DNA of 64,000 nucleotides from Chiloscyllium plagiosum (lineage: Eukaryota), in contig NC_057719.1 in NCBI RefSeq assembly GCF_004010195.1, positions 68,810,622-68,874,621 on the forward strand, given 5' to 3'. This document shows positions 40,101 through 54,246 of this stretch, piece by piece. The notes under the pieces were generated by a model. That model saw only the letters and a program-made list of their open reading frames with translations, made no database searches and was not told the DNA's origin. The translations under genes and the position numbers were made by a program. How positions within the stretch are numbered: position 1 is the first letter of the stretch; every line of letters begins with the position of its first letter.

Positions 40101-41654
40101 GAATAGCCACTGCCACAAGATAGTGTGTCGTTTGGATGTGATTTGTATCATTATGATGTCCTTATGCAGAATTCTGTTTTGGAAATAGCATCAAGTTTCG
40201 GAATTACAGAAAGTCATAGGGGATCGCTTTCCATGCTCAAGCCAAGTTACTGAAATCTGGGGTTTATTTTTGAAATTTTTCATGGAGGTTACTTGCAGTA
40301 TGAATGTTGAGGAAATAAAGATGAGAGGAGAGCTAGGATGGAGAGAGGACCAAGAAGTCATGTGATGGAAGAAGGGAACAGGAGGATGTCAGAAGGGAAA
40401 ACTATGATGTACATATTAGATGTTTCCACAGAGAAGCTAAATATGTAGATAACACATTGAGCATTTAATTATTTCACTGTAGGCAGAACCTACTTTCATG
40501 CCCTATGTCATTTATTTCAAAATCAAAGGTAAATCATGTATTTATACTATCAATGGTAGCTTCCATGACAGAATTTGCAGTCAGTAAATATACAATCACT
40601 GCCCACGGCATGTTATCCTTCTTAGCATCTTTAGTAGCGCAAACCTCTACTTAACGCTTCTCAAAGCTCAATTCAGTTTTTAAAAAGAACAGTGGTTCAC
40701 ATCAGAAGACAAGGACACTATTTAGAGAGGTTTGTGTTACTAAAACAGCTAATAGCTAGAGCTGATTGGCAGCAGCAAAATGTCTTTAATTGCAGCCGAT
40801 TAAGCTTTTCAGCCCTATTTCTGAAAATATTCCATGATACAAACACACTTCTGGGTCTTAAATTAGATGTAGCAAAAGATTATTGTGCGTGACAGAAGGC
40901 AAAAAATAAAGTTTGAGGAGGACTTCATGATACATAGTAAGGAAGAACAGGGATTTAACAGCAAATTGTTTTATTGAAAACTATTTCTGCATAACAAAAA
41001 TCTAAGTACTACAGATAATGAAAATCTCAAAAAATAATTTAAACAATATTCTAGGTATAAACCACTACTCACAGGATGCTTCCATCAAGCCAAAAAGTCA
41101 TCTGTCCACCACACAAATGATTAATGTTGTTTATAGGTTTCAATACCAGTGTAATGCCACGATTACAGGCTGTATGTTCCAATGGCTGGTACACCATATC
41201 AAACAACTGTTCCTTTGACTGTCTGCAACAGGCTGCAAAACTCAGAACGTGGTGCCTAACATTGTATGTAATTCTTCTTTGGACGACTAAATAATCCTGA
41301 CTTTGCTAAGAATTACTGTGGAAATCAATTTAACTTTTCAGCCAGGCTTATGGTGTGATTCATTTGCACCTTTCTGAAGCTACATTTATTCACACTCAGC
41401 ATCCTGTTCTTTGTAGACTAAATATGTTCAAACATTGCACTTTTTACATTGAAGAAAGTGCTTTGGATACTGCATCACCATTGCAATGCCAAAACCAAGA
41501 GTGTCAGCTTGGCTGGTTCGAACTTAATTAGCTAACTAAAGCAATTAACAGTCTCTACAGCATCTCCATGCCAACCACAGTCCAACTAATCAGTACCCTT
41601 TTTTTCATGCTGTGTAATTCATTGTTTTCTTTCTAAGTTGGATTTCTTGTACTT

Positions 41655-43610
41655 GAGTCCTGATTCATTACTCTCTGGGTGAAGAAATTTCTCCTCATCT
41701 CAGCCTTAAATCCCCATATCCAGGGGACCCTGCTGTTGGAAACATCTTTCCTATATCTGTCCTGTCTAGTCCAGTTGAAGTTTAGAGGTTTCTGAAAGAT
41801 ATCCCACACTCTTCTGAACTTCAATGAATATAATCTTAACAGATTCAACCTTTTCTGCCAGTCCCAGGAATCAATCTGATAAACCTTCGCTGCATTCCCT
41901 CTATAGCAAGAACATTGTTTCCCAGATAAGGAGGTCAAATCTGTGTACCATACTCCAGGTGCATCCCACCAAGACTCTATACAATTGCAGCGAGACATCC
42001 CTAGTCCTGTACTTAAATTTTCTCACTACAAAAGCCAAAATACCATTTATCTTCTTTACTGCTTGCTGTACCTGCATGCCTATCTTCAATGACTCGAGTA
42101 CAAGAACACCAGTTCTTTTACATACCCCTCTCTCAGCCTGTATCTATTCACATAATAATCTGCCTTCCGGATCTTGCTACCAAAGTGGATCACGTTTATC
42201 TATCTATTACCACATCTGCTTTGTATTTGGCTATTCAGTGAGCGTGTCCACATTACTTTGAAGCATCTCTACATTCTTGTCACAGCTCACCTTCCCACCC
42301 AGTTTTGTATCATCTGCAAACTTGGAGATATTATATTTAGTTCTCTCATCTAAATCATGAATATATTTTGTGAATAGCTGGAGTCCTACCTCTGATTCCT
42401 GTGTTACTTTATTTGTCACTGCCTGCCATTTGGAAAAAGACCTAATTATTCCTACTATTTGCCAACCAGTTTTTGATCCATCTCATTACAGTACATCAAT
42501 TCCATGTGATTTAATTTTATATGCTAATCTCGTACATAGGACTTTGTCAAAAGCCTTCTGAAAGTTTAAATAAACCACTTCCACTGTTTCCCCTTCATCA
42601 ATTCACTGGTTACATCCTCAAAGAATTCCAGTAGTTTTGTCAAGTATGATTTCCCTTTCATAAGTCCATGCTGACTCTGTATGATCCTGTCACTGTTCCC
42701 AAGTGCTCTGCTATTCAATCTTTTATAATGAACTCTTGTGTTTATCCACCACTGTCATTAGGCTGACTGGTCTATAATTCCCTTTTTATTTTCTTGATCT
42801 CCCTTTTCAAATCAAAGGATTACATTAGCTACCTTTCAATCTCTAAGAACTGTTTCAGAATCTAGAGAACCTTAAGATGACTATTGAATGAATCCACTAA
42901 TTCTAGGGCTGCTTTGTTAAACGCTCTGGGATGTAGATTATCAGGTCCTGGGTATTTATTGGCTCTTGATCCCATAATTTCCCCAACTCCATTTTCCAAT
43001 TAGAGTGGATTACCTTCAATTCCTCCTCTCATTAAACACTCTGCTCCCCAACATCTTTGGTCTGCTATTTGTGAATATGGAACTAAGGAATATAGTTAGT
43101 TCATCAGCCATTTCTTTGTTCCCCACTACAAATTCCCCTGTTTCTGCAAGGGACTGAGATTTGTCTTCACTAATCTTTTTCTCTTTCTATACCTATTGAA
43201 ACCTTTACTGTCAGATTTTAAGTTCTCTGCACACTTACTGTTATACTTTAGTTTCCCTTTCTTAGTAATCCCTTTGTCTTCCTTTGTTGAATTCTAAACT
43301 GCTCCACTCCTCAGATCTGTTGTTCTTTCTGGCCAATTTGTATGTCTGTTCCTTGGATCTGATACCATGCCTGACTTCCCTTGTAAGCCATGGTTTAGCC
43401 AAATTTCCTATTTTACTTCTGCGCCAGATGGAGTGAACAATTGAATGTTTGCCATTAACTTTCCACCATCGTCCTTTTAAGTAGCATTTCCCAATCTATC
43501 ATAGCCAACTTGCACCTCATAGCATTGCATTTTCCTCTATTTAAATACCCTAGTCTCAGAATCAATAACATCAGTTTCAATCTTGATAAAAAATTCTATC
43601 ATATTAGAAT
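41655..43610 (-). mobile_element. Old CR1 LINE ORF2 fragment
   Basis: [30 protein letters not shown] and EMRRNFFTQRV on the minus strand; many disruptions. Confidence 0.88.
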
Positions 43611-45570
43611 GACCGACTTATGCTCCTATTTATATGTTTTTACACAGCATCCTTAAGTGTATTTATGCATTGTGATAAAGACAAGACTACACCATATGTA
43701 AATATGAATTAAGGTAAAAATAATAATTTCTTGTTAAATACTCCCCAGACACAGAAAAAAGTGGTTGATCTTTCTGAATGAGCACTTGTCCTAAAAAAAA
43801 GTGAGCTGGAACAGAGAAAAATAAAATTGTGTTTGTAAAACAAATGTACTACATCACATTTGTGTGACTTAGCTTCTGATTCAGTACATACCTGTTACAT
43901 CATAATAGGTTGAAATAAGCAGTACTGTTTTAATCAAATTTTTTTTTCAATGAAAGCATTTCAACCTTGCATCTTTTATTATCTGTTTAATGCAGTTATA
44001 TATCATTTTTTTAATATATGGGCACTTGCGTTTGAACTATCCCTTCTCCCAGCTTGATAGGGTAAAATTCTTAGTTCTGTGTAATTCTTTAACGATCTTT
44101 TTTGAAAATTGTGCAAATTTATCTGACTCCCAAAGAGAATGTGGAAGCATAACAGCCTGAGTTCTTACATTATAACAACAGTGAAAATGCCAGTTATAGT
44201 TAAAAAATGACACCAATGTCTGGCATCCATACTAGTTAAATGTGAAAATCCAGAAATTGTAGTTAGTGATTCCTGTTTTCTTCACTTAATGTCCTCACAG
44301 TTGGAAATCATCTCACAATTGTTGAGTTGATTAGAATCTGTTACTATTCTCACTGTAAAAATCCCTGAAAAGGTTTCACCGTATTGAATACATTCTTATG
44401 GGTTTTTAGTGGAGTACAGCGTTCCATTTTCTGCTGAATAACTTCTGTGGCCCTGAAAGTGTAATTTTTAAATGTTGAACGTGAAGTGTCTCTATTTCAT
44501 GATGAAAGAGAATTCTATAACTTTTAAAGCAATCATTATTTTTTGTCAAAAATGTTTAGTATTTCCCCTTCTACCATCATCCCTTATATACGTCCCACTG
44601 TTATGCTACCTCTTGTAAAATTATTTAAAGTAAGTGATCAAAGCTGCTTGACACTTTCTGGGTTGCTGTTTGCAGAGAGCTTGGCTGAGTTAATGTGTTT
44701 GATGGTGACACTGTTTTCGGAAAGCAGAAATATTTTAAACCTGACAATGTGAAATTAATTTCAGAAGATGTCAAATACATGCTACGGACCTTGTTAGAAC
44801 TTGGGTCAGCTTTGTTCACAATCAGCAACAAGTGTCGTCACTTTATGACTGACCACAAAAGTCAACATAACATAGACCTCAATTTTGATACTTGCTTAAA
44901 ATCCATAAGGTTGGTAGACGCTCTTTGAGATTTAGGCTCATTCATTGGGCAAGAGGAACAGACAGTTTTGTTTGCAGCCAGTCATGCTATATGTAATCTC
45001 ATACCTTGCTCTTGATGCTAATTAGCAGTATCATTTTAAATTTCTTATCTCAAATTCACTCATATTTCGTTGTCATAAACAAAATTTGTTCTTAAAATAA
45101 AAAGTAAGCAACTTCGCACAAACTAGTCGATATAGTTAAGCCAAGAAAATTGCTAATGTTTAGATATAAGATACATGTCTCACTTAATTGGATTTGCATT
45201 TGAGTACAAATATACAAAGCACTTATATCCCAAAGTATGTGGGAAAGTTTTCCTTACTCACTTAATTTGAACTAATCCCCCCCCCACCCCATGTATTCTT
45301 CAATAGAAAATTTGATTGGAGTTGAATTAATAAAACTACATGTTGATATACAGTACTATTGCTTAACTGATTGTGTTTTTTTTAGCAGTTGTCATCTGGA
45401 CTGTTGAACATATATCTAAAAAGCATACATTATCTAATCCTTTAGGATCTGCACTACAGTTAATATGCACATAGTTTTAATATAATTTGTTGGCTCTATT
45501 TAGGATTTTGAAATAGCTCATTCCTTATAGAGATGAACACATTGTTAATGTCTTTTATTTATCCTCTTAG

Positions 45571-45816
45571 GTTGGAAATGAGATATTTTGTGCTGGTCAG
45601 ATTGGATTGATTCCATGCACCATGCAGCTTAGCAAAGGAGGTGTCAAATCCGAGGCTGTACTTTCGCTGAGCCATGTCCAAAAAGTTCTAGCAGCTATGC
45701 AAAGTGGAACACATCTAAATCATGTCTTGCTGGCAAACTGTTATGTCTCAGACAAGAAATACATCTCCATTATTGAAAAGACCTGGCTAAAAAACATAAA
45801 GGAACACACACAAGAG
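45571..45816 (+). CDS. dph6: Internal coding exon of diphthine--ammonia ligase, long form (RidA/YjgF-like C-terminal domain)
   Basis: Polypyrimidine tract and AG (tcttttatttatcctcttag) end at 45570, and the donor GAG|gtaagt starts at 45817. The 246 nt are open, phase 0/0: VGNEIFCAGQIGLIPCTMQLSKGGVKSEAVLSLSHVQKVLAAMQSGTHLNHVLLANCYVSDKKYISIIEKTWLKNIKEHTQE. The F-C-A-G-Q-I-x-L-x-P-C-T-M motif is recognised from the Rid-like domain of long DPH6 proteins. Confidence 0.85.
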
Positions 45817-46809
45817 GTAAGTAATAGTATCCAGTGAGTTATTGCATTTGCTTCATCGTCCATTTAAGATTTTGAAAATGCTTAAGATGAATTACATTTT
45901 GTAATAATTAAGCCAAGTCTAACTTAAGTTAGAAAAACACATTTACCTATTTAACTATATTATTAATGATGTATCCATTTATAGTCCCTCAATTATTTTT
46001 GCTAAATATAACTTAGTTGTACTATGTTTGTCAAAATGTACCCAACATGAACTCAGGCCTGTATCTCAAAGATTGAGCTACTTTGCTGTAAATGTTCAAA
46101 TGTAGCATATATTTGCATGTAACACACAATGATTGTCCTTTAAGAAAAATACTTCAGAGACAGATGAGCCAGGGACCTGACAAATGGTTACAATGCTTTA
46201 GACAATGAACATTTTTGTGTCCTAAAAATGTGGTATATGTTGCAATTTGAGAATTTTGATCCAGATTTGCCTCATAAAGCAGCAGTTGCCAAAGGGGAGC
46301 ATGATAAGTGTGTTTTAATACTTTTGATTGTTGAAAAAAACATTTGGTATTGTTTGTAGTCATATTGGAAAGCATGAAATATTAGTCACAGCTAGTTTTT
46401 AAAGTGCTCACCTTTCCTGGTCTTCATAATCTTTTTCCTGTGACTTTCTTCCTCTTACTTTACCCTTCTTCAACCAAAGGTATTTCATGGTTAGCATAGA
46501 TGTTGGTTCCAACTAACCGGTTTGATTTCTTTCCTTTCCCCAATATAACACACAGTGCATCTCACAATATTGGCATATATTGTGTATGATTTTTTCCTCT
46601 CTCGTGCTAACTGGGTTTTAAAAGAACGTTCAAGGTTAGGAAGCTAGTTTAAATCTTGAGCACTAAAGTCTAATATTCTACAATAAATGGGATGCCTCAG
46701 GGTAATTTTTAAAGGCATTCAACATGTAGGCTACAAATCTAAATCGCTGCTCATCTGCTAATTTGGAAGCTAACTTTAAGATTGATCTATGCTAGCAGAT
46801 CACTGAAAA

Positions 46810-47470
46810 TAATCAGCACCACCATGCACTGAGTCTGTCTTGCCATTCAGTATGATCATAGCTGATTGAATACTGTAATGCCTTTTTCCTACCCCAGCTA
46901 ATGAAAAATCAGTCAATCTCTAATCATATTCAAAGACTGAACTTAGACAGCCCTTTGAGGTAAAGAATTCCAAAGGGTCACAAGTTTCTGTGGAATTAAT
47001 TTCTCTTCATCTCAGACCTAAGTGGTGTGCTGTTTATTTTTAAATTGTGGCCCTTGATTCTCGGTTCCCAAGCAGGAGAAACATCTTACCTGCATCTACC
47101 CTGTCTACTTGTTTAAGTATTTTGTGAATTTCAGTGAGGTCACCTGTCATTCTTCAAAATTCTAGAGAATACAGGCCTGGTGTATCAGTCTATCCCACAG
47201 GACACTCCTGCCATTCCAGGAACCAGTCTGGTGAACCTTCATTGTACCCTTTTTATTGAAATTATATCTTTCCTGAGATAAAGAGATCAAGACTATACAC
47301 AATACTCCAGATATGGTTGAATCAAGCTTCTATACAATCAAAGCAAGACTTCTACGCCTGTCCTCAAATCTTCTTGCAATAAAGACTAATATTCCATTAG
47401 CCTTCCTAATAGCTTGCGATGCCTGCAAATTAACCCTTAGTGACTTACCAACAAGGACACCTTGGTCCCT
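46810..47470 (-). mobile_element. CR1 LINE 3' fragment
   Basis: cacaatactccag encodes LEYC on the minus strand; ggtaaagaattcca encodes WNSLP; tail gccattcagtatgatcatagctga. Confidence 0.78.
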
Positions 47471-49287
47471 TAATTTTTGCAAACCTGTTCAAGGAGAAAA
47501 TTCCTCAGCCCATTTTAACTTCAAATTTTGTTAGCAGTTGAACAGGCTGGTCTAGTTTGAAAGGGAGGACCCTACTTGTATTGCTGATTCTTCCACGATC
47601 ATATGAAGAAGACTATAACTGTTTTGTAACCCAAAAATTCAAGACGGCATGTGGAGCAGTATTCTAGGTAAAATTTTACATGTGCGTTTTATACCACACA
47701 GGCAAGCTGAGAGTGAATTGAACCCTACTTTGCTGCAGTTTGAGGAGTCAATTGATATATGTTCCAAATCAGGAACTTTTCTTCTGAAGTTGAAATGAGC
47801 GCAAAAGCATAAAGTCAATCGAGTGATAATTGACCTTTCAGCTAATTAGGATGGACTTGCACTTTAAAGACTCAATCATTATTTCCCAATTAACAATACT
47901 TTTCAAAATCAATGAATCTCAAACAAAAGTAATCAATCCTAATCCTTGTGAAACACACAGCTCAGTGACTGAGCCTACCGTCATCACTCACTGAAACTTG
48001 CCTGGAAACCAAAATGGGGGATGAAATACACTGGCAAAGCAGCATGCATGCAGTGGAATCTCTTTTCATAGTCTCGTATATATTCCAAAAATAAAATGCA
48101 TTTTGTTTTGCAATTATGAAAATAACTTGCCCTATCCAAACTCTCTAAATTTTAAGTGAAATGCCTTATTTTAGTTAGAATCTAAAATTAATAGTTTATT
48201 CACCTATATTATTGTAGCATTTCACAGACCTTGAGTTTCTTTGGACAGACAATTCTTCTACAAAGTAAAACTTGCTGTGAACCGTGCCTGTTTCTGATAT
48301 AGTGCAGCCCTCTTGTGTTGCTTAAAAGCATCTATTCTATTTTGTAATTTAGCTTGTTAGCTTTTGACCATTTGGTTAAACAAAACAAAAAAACCTCTGT
48401 TAAGAAATGGCTGTGTGTTTATGCAAAACTTAAGTCACCTTTGAGGCTATTTGGATCTGCAAAAAATGTTTAAATTATTTGATAATGATTCACCCTTTTA
48501 AGAAGTTATTGATCATGACAGCATGTTGAGACTGAAGACTGATCTCTGTTCCAATGTCCAGGTCCCAGTGCTACACCCAGGCAACAAGATCCATATATGA
48601 TTATGTCAGAACATGATGAAGCAGACGTTGTAAATTATGACCAATATGCCACCATGATTGAGCTTTTCCAGGCAAAAATTCAGTCATGCTATTTTAAACA
48701 GCATTGGAGACATCATTAAAATTATGCAGAGAAAGCAATTACTTTTCAAAAATTAAACATGCATGATTTACTTGTGCCTGTTGCCTCCGATACAAAAAGT
48801 AAACAAAAGTGCTGTTTCCTCATTTACATGGTTACAGCATGTAGCAAGCTTTACATGGGCTGTTGAGTGGCTGGTTGCTTAACCAAGGAACTCAAAATGT
48901 TGAGAGGTGTACATGAATTCAAGCTCTTTTGTGAACTTAAAGCTAGTTTGGACCTCTGAAAGGAAAAATGTAATTGGCTGCAGTGGATGTTAGAAATGGC
49001 TAGAAGGAGCCTGGCCTCCATGAAAAATGGCTAGGTGATTATGTGGGTGACAAAGCTTTCCAATGAAATACTAACACGCTGGTTTGCAAGATGGCCGTGG
49101 AGAGAGACAGGTCCTGTAGAGAGGATGAAAGGCTCTCCAGACTGACACTGTGAAGGCAGTAGGCGCAGAAAATCATCTTTGCTCACAGTTTGGCCCAGAC
49201 AAAATGCCACAAGATTCTGTATGAAAATCTGAGATGTATGCGTGACCCAGATTGCCTTCTATGTACATGTATGATAGTGACAGGAAA

Positions 49288-49500
49288 CCTGGTCAGATAA
49301 CTCAGTTGGCTAGATAACTAGGTTGTAATGCAGTATGACACCAATGGCGCTGGTTCAGTCCAGGTTCTGGCTATCGGAACTCATGGAAGCCTGGCTCCTC
49401 ACTTTACAATGATTGCAGAGTGGTTTAATCAAATTACATAATCAATTTTCTCATTTTCTTTTTCTCTCTTTCTCATGAATGAAGAGGGATGCCAGTCCTC
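49288..49500 (+). mobile_element. Decayed tRNA-derived SINE
   Basis: taactcagttgg (A-box-like) ... ggttcagtcc (B-box-like) spacing, followed by a pyrimidine-rich body. Confidence 0.4.
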
Positions 49501-52109
49501 CTTTTTTAGATTATGGCTAAATTATTTGCAAATTAATACCTTGCAACCTGAACTAGATATTTATATGTTTTGCACACATACATTTCAATCTCTATGGACA
49601 GACCGAACAGGTAGTCAATCAGACCAAAGCTGATATTATTTGATAAACCCGCTCATTGTACATTTTTAATGAACTTCAAATAGTAGTTCTCATCAAGGTG
49701 GTCTGACTTAGTATTATGAGTGCAATTTGTCAGTGTATAATTAAACAAGATAAAGCTTATTCATTATTTCCATGTTTTTACATGACATAAGTTGACTGAA
49801 AGGAAGTCGCTGCTTCCTGCCCTCATTTCATTTCTAACCTCCTAAGTCTTACCCTCCTCTGGGCTTGATGGCCTTACACTTTACTGTTTCAAAAGCCTGA
49901 TCTACTGCTTGTGTCTCTGTCTCTGTATTTCATCTTCTTTTCACAGCTAGGAAAGGATTAAAAGCTTTGCAATTCAGTGCTTTTGTATCTTTTCCCTTGA
50001 CTACTAAGACAGGTTAACAAATTGCATATTGCTTACAGTCTATTGGGAAAGCAGCCTAGAAGCTGGCTTACTAGCTTCTTAACTGCCTGCCATTTTGGAG
50101 CTATTATTTTAAACCTGTGTGAATATCCTGATCTACAATAAGTCCTTGCTTTAAGTTGACCTGCTTTAAATCATTGCTTTTAACATTGAGTGGTTTTTAT
50201 GGCTGGAAGTCTAGAGTTATGTCTTCAGTTTTGATTTGACATTGTTTTTGGTTGTTGTCATTTGTCAATGCTCTGCATATTTCACGTCATTATTTTTGCA
50301 ATGTCATTTTGCATCATTTCATGTCACCATTTCACACTGGTTTGACATCGGGTCCCGTGAACTGACTGACATTACTATGATCGAGTATGAGAAGAGGTAT
50401 TCGATTGTACCAAAAAAACTCTCAGGTTTTGATCTAAAGCTCTGAAGCAATTTTTTCCGAGATAAATATCCAAGTAAACAAATATCTTGTTGAAATAAGA
50501 ATTAGAAGTATGGATTGCTCAGTTCTATCTAACAAAGACCCAGGAAGATGGTTTTAATTTTGGAGTTCCAGTTGTGCCTGCTGTGGAACCTTAGGCTCTG
50601 CCTCTGAGGCAGAGAGGCCATTTTGAAGTCTTTGAGAGAGAGAGAGATACAACATTTGTTATTGTGTAGTACATGGATAAAATTGATTACATATCTCAGG
50701 GCTTCAATGGGTGAAAGTACAGGTGCAGTCTTTAACGTGTAAAGGCCTGACTGCAATTTTGTGATTAATTTTGGAGTCTATTGTGTTCAGCACATTAGCA
50801 CGTAAGCCAGAGAAGCCATTTTGAAGCCAGTGGGAGAGCATCAAGGTGCAAATCAGTTAAAGCAACCTCATCTGAAACACTCTGAAGAGGTTAGATGTTG
50901 TCACACAGGCATAGGAGATAGTTCGTTCAAAAAGACACCAAATACAGAAACCTCAGCGAGTATGAGCAGAGGTGAAGACAAGCCGACGGAGAGAGTGCAG
51001 GATTTCTTGTACAACTCATTTAAGTAGCTGTCCAAAGAACACCTACCTCACCTATGGCAGAGTCTGCAGATCTTAGCAGCATTTCAGAACCTGTCGACCT
51101 ATCGAAGCAAATCATTCTTGAACTCCAGGAAGAAATACAGACTAATCAAAATTAAATGTATGTGTTTCTTTTCTATTTAATGAATTATTTTAGAATTTTG
51201 CAATCTTCTGAAAATTCATCTTTCCTAAGTTACTGGAAGTACACTGGAGTGTTATAGAGATTTTTGTCATGAATTCTTGGAATTACCAAAAAACGTTGCT
51301 GCATCCTTACAATGGGATGGGAGTGACGGCAGCAGAGTGGTGGCCTGTCCACACAAAGATTGCACCGGGCATGAGGGCAGCAGTGACAATGCCACCGAGG
51401 CTGCAGAGAAAGCAAATTTCATGCCATGCCCTCCGCTAAATTGGAGTTGAATTTTGTCATGCTCCTTGGCAGGAGATTCTCTGGCCTTTCAGTCAGGGTA
51501 TCCAACTTCTCAGTGTGCATTCCCATTTAACATCCTTTCATATGCTACCCTTTGAGGTACCATCTGAAACCCACGTAACATAACTCATGTGTGACCTCAG
51601 GCTCTGGTGAGCTGACAAATAATCCATTCTCTCTCTGGTCTGGCTGGAAATATCGGGATCACTCATGATCTGATGCACATACCTCTGTACTGGCTTCTGA
51701 GGCACATGTTAAGTCAGCATTCAAGTCTGTGGCTGTGAATATCAGATCAATTGATATCCCTTCATTAGGACTATGTTGTTGCTTTCTTTCTTTCATTCTC
51801 TTGAGGCAGCTGCGGCTGGGATGATAACAGTCCGAAGGTGCTTAGAAGCAGGGACTGAGAAGGAAAGATTGGTGCAAGGGAGCAGTTGGTATGGAGAGGA
51901 AAGATGAAGTTCTGTGATCACTCCACTTTCTACCGGATGCTACCTTTGCAGATGAGTCTAGAAGGACTGAAAATGGGCATGACTGCCATTTACTTTCATA
52001 GTAGAAAGCCTCTGCTGTCAAATGTACCATCAATGCATTTTACCTCTGGCCCCTTGATATAGCACACCATCTCCTCCAGAGCCTCAGGCAATAAAGTTTT
52101 GACATCTCC

Positions 52110-52215
52110 AGACTTTGTGAAGAAGGGTCCCTGGACTCGAAATGATAACTCTGCTTTCTGCCCACAGGTGCTGCCAGACCTGTTGAGTTTTTCCAGCAAT
52201 TTCTGTTTTAGTTTG
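52110..52215 (+). mobile_element. Penelope-type terminal fragment with decayed hammerhead-like motif (second subfamily)
   Basis: gTGAAGA-a-GGGTCC ct GGACTC-GAAA-tgataactctg followed by tgctgccagacctgttgagtttttccagcaatttctg. Confidence 0.65.
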
Positions 52216-54246
52216 CATTGAACTACACAGATGCTACTTGAGCAGCTAAACATTTTCTGTATTTATTACCTGTTTTTTCCTTCGTACCTCTTAATCAGAA
52301 GTTTTAAAAACATTTTTGATTCATTAAGGAGCAAAGTTGTCAAATTATTACATGTATCTTTTTAGTTCTGGGATTTATGCGATAGTTTATACCCTCTCTT
52401 GCAGTGGAATATGCATGTTCAAATTAATTAAGGTTGTACTTTTTAGGCAAGCATGAGTTTGCATTGTTCTGGTAATTAGGCAGAAAAGAGCAAGCAATAG
52501 TCATTCTTTTGAATTCATATTCTTTGCAGAGGGTTTTGTTATGTTGCACTGCAGAAATAAATAGGCAAATGATTGAAGGACACAGGCAGAAACTTGCAAA
52601 CAGATCTCTGAGTAGCCAACCCCTAGTGGCCCAAAGTTACAGGCCCTCCAGTTTTTGCTCCCTTTTCACAAGGCACAATAACTCCCTCGGCAGCAAGTTG
52701 ACAGTGACTCATAGATGTACCCAAAGCAACTTGTCATCATGCGGTTAACAATGCAGTCACAATGATATTTCACTTCAAAGTAATGTACCTATAATTTCAA
52801 AAAAAAATTATGTTTCTGTTTCCTTTTCTATGTTTAAACAAGAAGGACCAGCAATTTATATTATTGTGTTTGTAGTAGGAAGCTTAAGGCAGTGGCTGAA
52901 ATGTGAATCTTGGTACTTTTTGTCCTCAGGTTGTAGTTGTCTTTTGCTGTTATAACTCAACTCTCAATTACATTCAGAATTCTTGACTCTTGAAGATCAT
53001 ATTAGAAGATTGGAATATCTAAATGTGCAAATGATCCAAGTTTCACAGTTTTGACCTGATATAATTTCACTACCACTTATTAGTATTCATCAGTATTCAC
53101 ACATTTGCTTCAAGATTCTTGTCAAATCTATTGCTATTGTCAGTTATCTTACTTTTCAGTGAAGTGTCACAAATACATAGAGGAAAATTGTTGAACCCCT
53201 ATATATTATTGATATTATAAATTTAGCCATTGGAGACTCTGGCAGACTTCCCATGGGACACCTGATCCATTTTTTTTGTGTTGTGTAAATTATCTTGAGG
53301 GGTTCCAGTAAATTGATCCTTCCTCCACTTGCAAACAATCCCAAGATTCTAATGAAGTCTCACTAGAGAAAGGTGACAGCAACTGAGAACTACCATGGAG
53401 AGAAATATACTTTAGGCGTGAACCAAATGAGCATTAAATCGGATACTACTCCCGACTGCAAAAGGGAAATGGTTTAATAAACAGTAACAATCTTAGCTGG
53501 AAATGCAGCAATTTGAGATTTGTCAGTATGTGATGTTTAAAATCTGCCAATTAGCCACTGATGTGAGGTGTCTGGCATGAAATTTGCTTGATTTAGTTTA
53601 TGTTTTTTTTACTTTCGTGCCCTTACTGATGCAGCTTCTCTGGTCATTGTCATTTCTAAAGGTCTTTTTATAATCCATGTGAAGTATGACAATGAATTCA
53701 AAAGACGAAGAGTACTTGGCTTTTATCTGGTGTGCAGTATATTTGATTTCCCTGGGGTCCAGATTAAACCAAAGTTTTGTATTCTTTTGAAGCAATTGTA
53801 ATGAAGATATTTAGTAGAGGTCAAATGCAATACTCTCACATATAGTATTTTTCCTTGAGTCATGGGTACTCATTTTTTAAGAAAAAAAGAATTAATAAAA
53901 TAAAATAAACTGATCGTGTCATGTGGCATTATTTCTAATAGTTTTTATGGGCTTAAAATTTGATAAATCCCCAGACCCTGATGAGATGTATCCCAGGCTG
54001 CCAAGGGAGACAAGGGAGGAGACTGCAGAGGAACTGACCTTAATTTTCAAATCCTCTATAGCCACAGGAGAAGTGCTAGAGGACTGGAAGACAGCAATTT
54101 GCTACCATTATTCAAGAAGACTGGTAGGGATAAATTGAGAAGTTATAAGCTATTGAGTCATCAATGGTTGGGAAACTTTTGTGGAAAAGAAATCTGAGGA
54201 ACAGAATTAATCTTCACTTGGAGAGACAAGGATTAATCAGGGATAG

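Noticed and set aside
44543..44928. Overlapping short ORFs upstream of the dph6 exon
   Set aside because: No recognisable domain and no convincing splice-site pair.
49900..51180. Possible solo LTR (AG microsatellite, LTR-like composition)
   Set aside because: No TG...CA ends, TSD, PBS or second copy could be identified.
52931..52990. Possible downstream dph6 exon after tttttgtcctcag
   Set aside because: The phase-0 frame (VVVVFCCYNS...) reaches a stop within 19 codons and shows no Rid-domain similarity.
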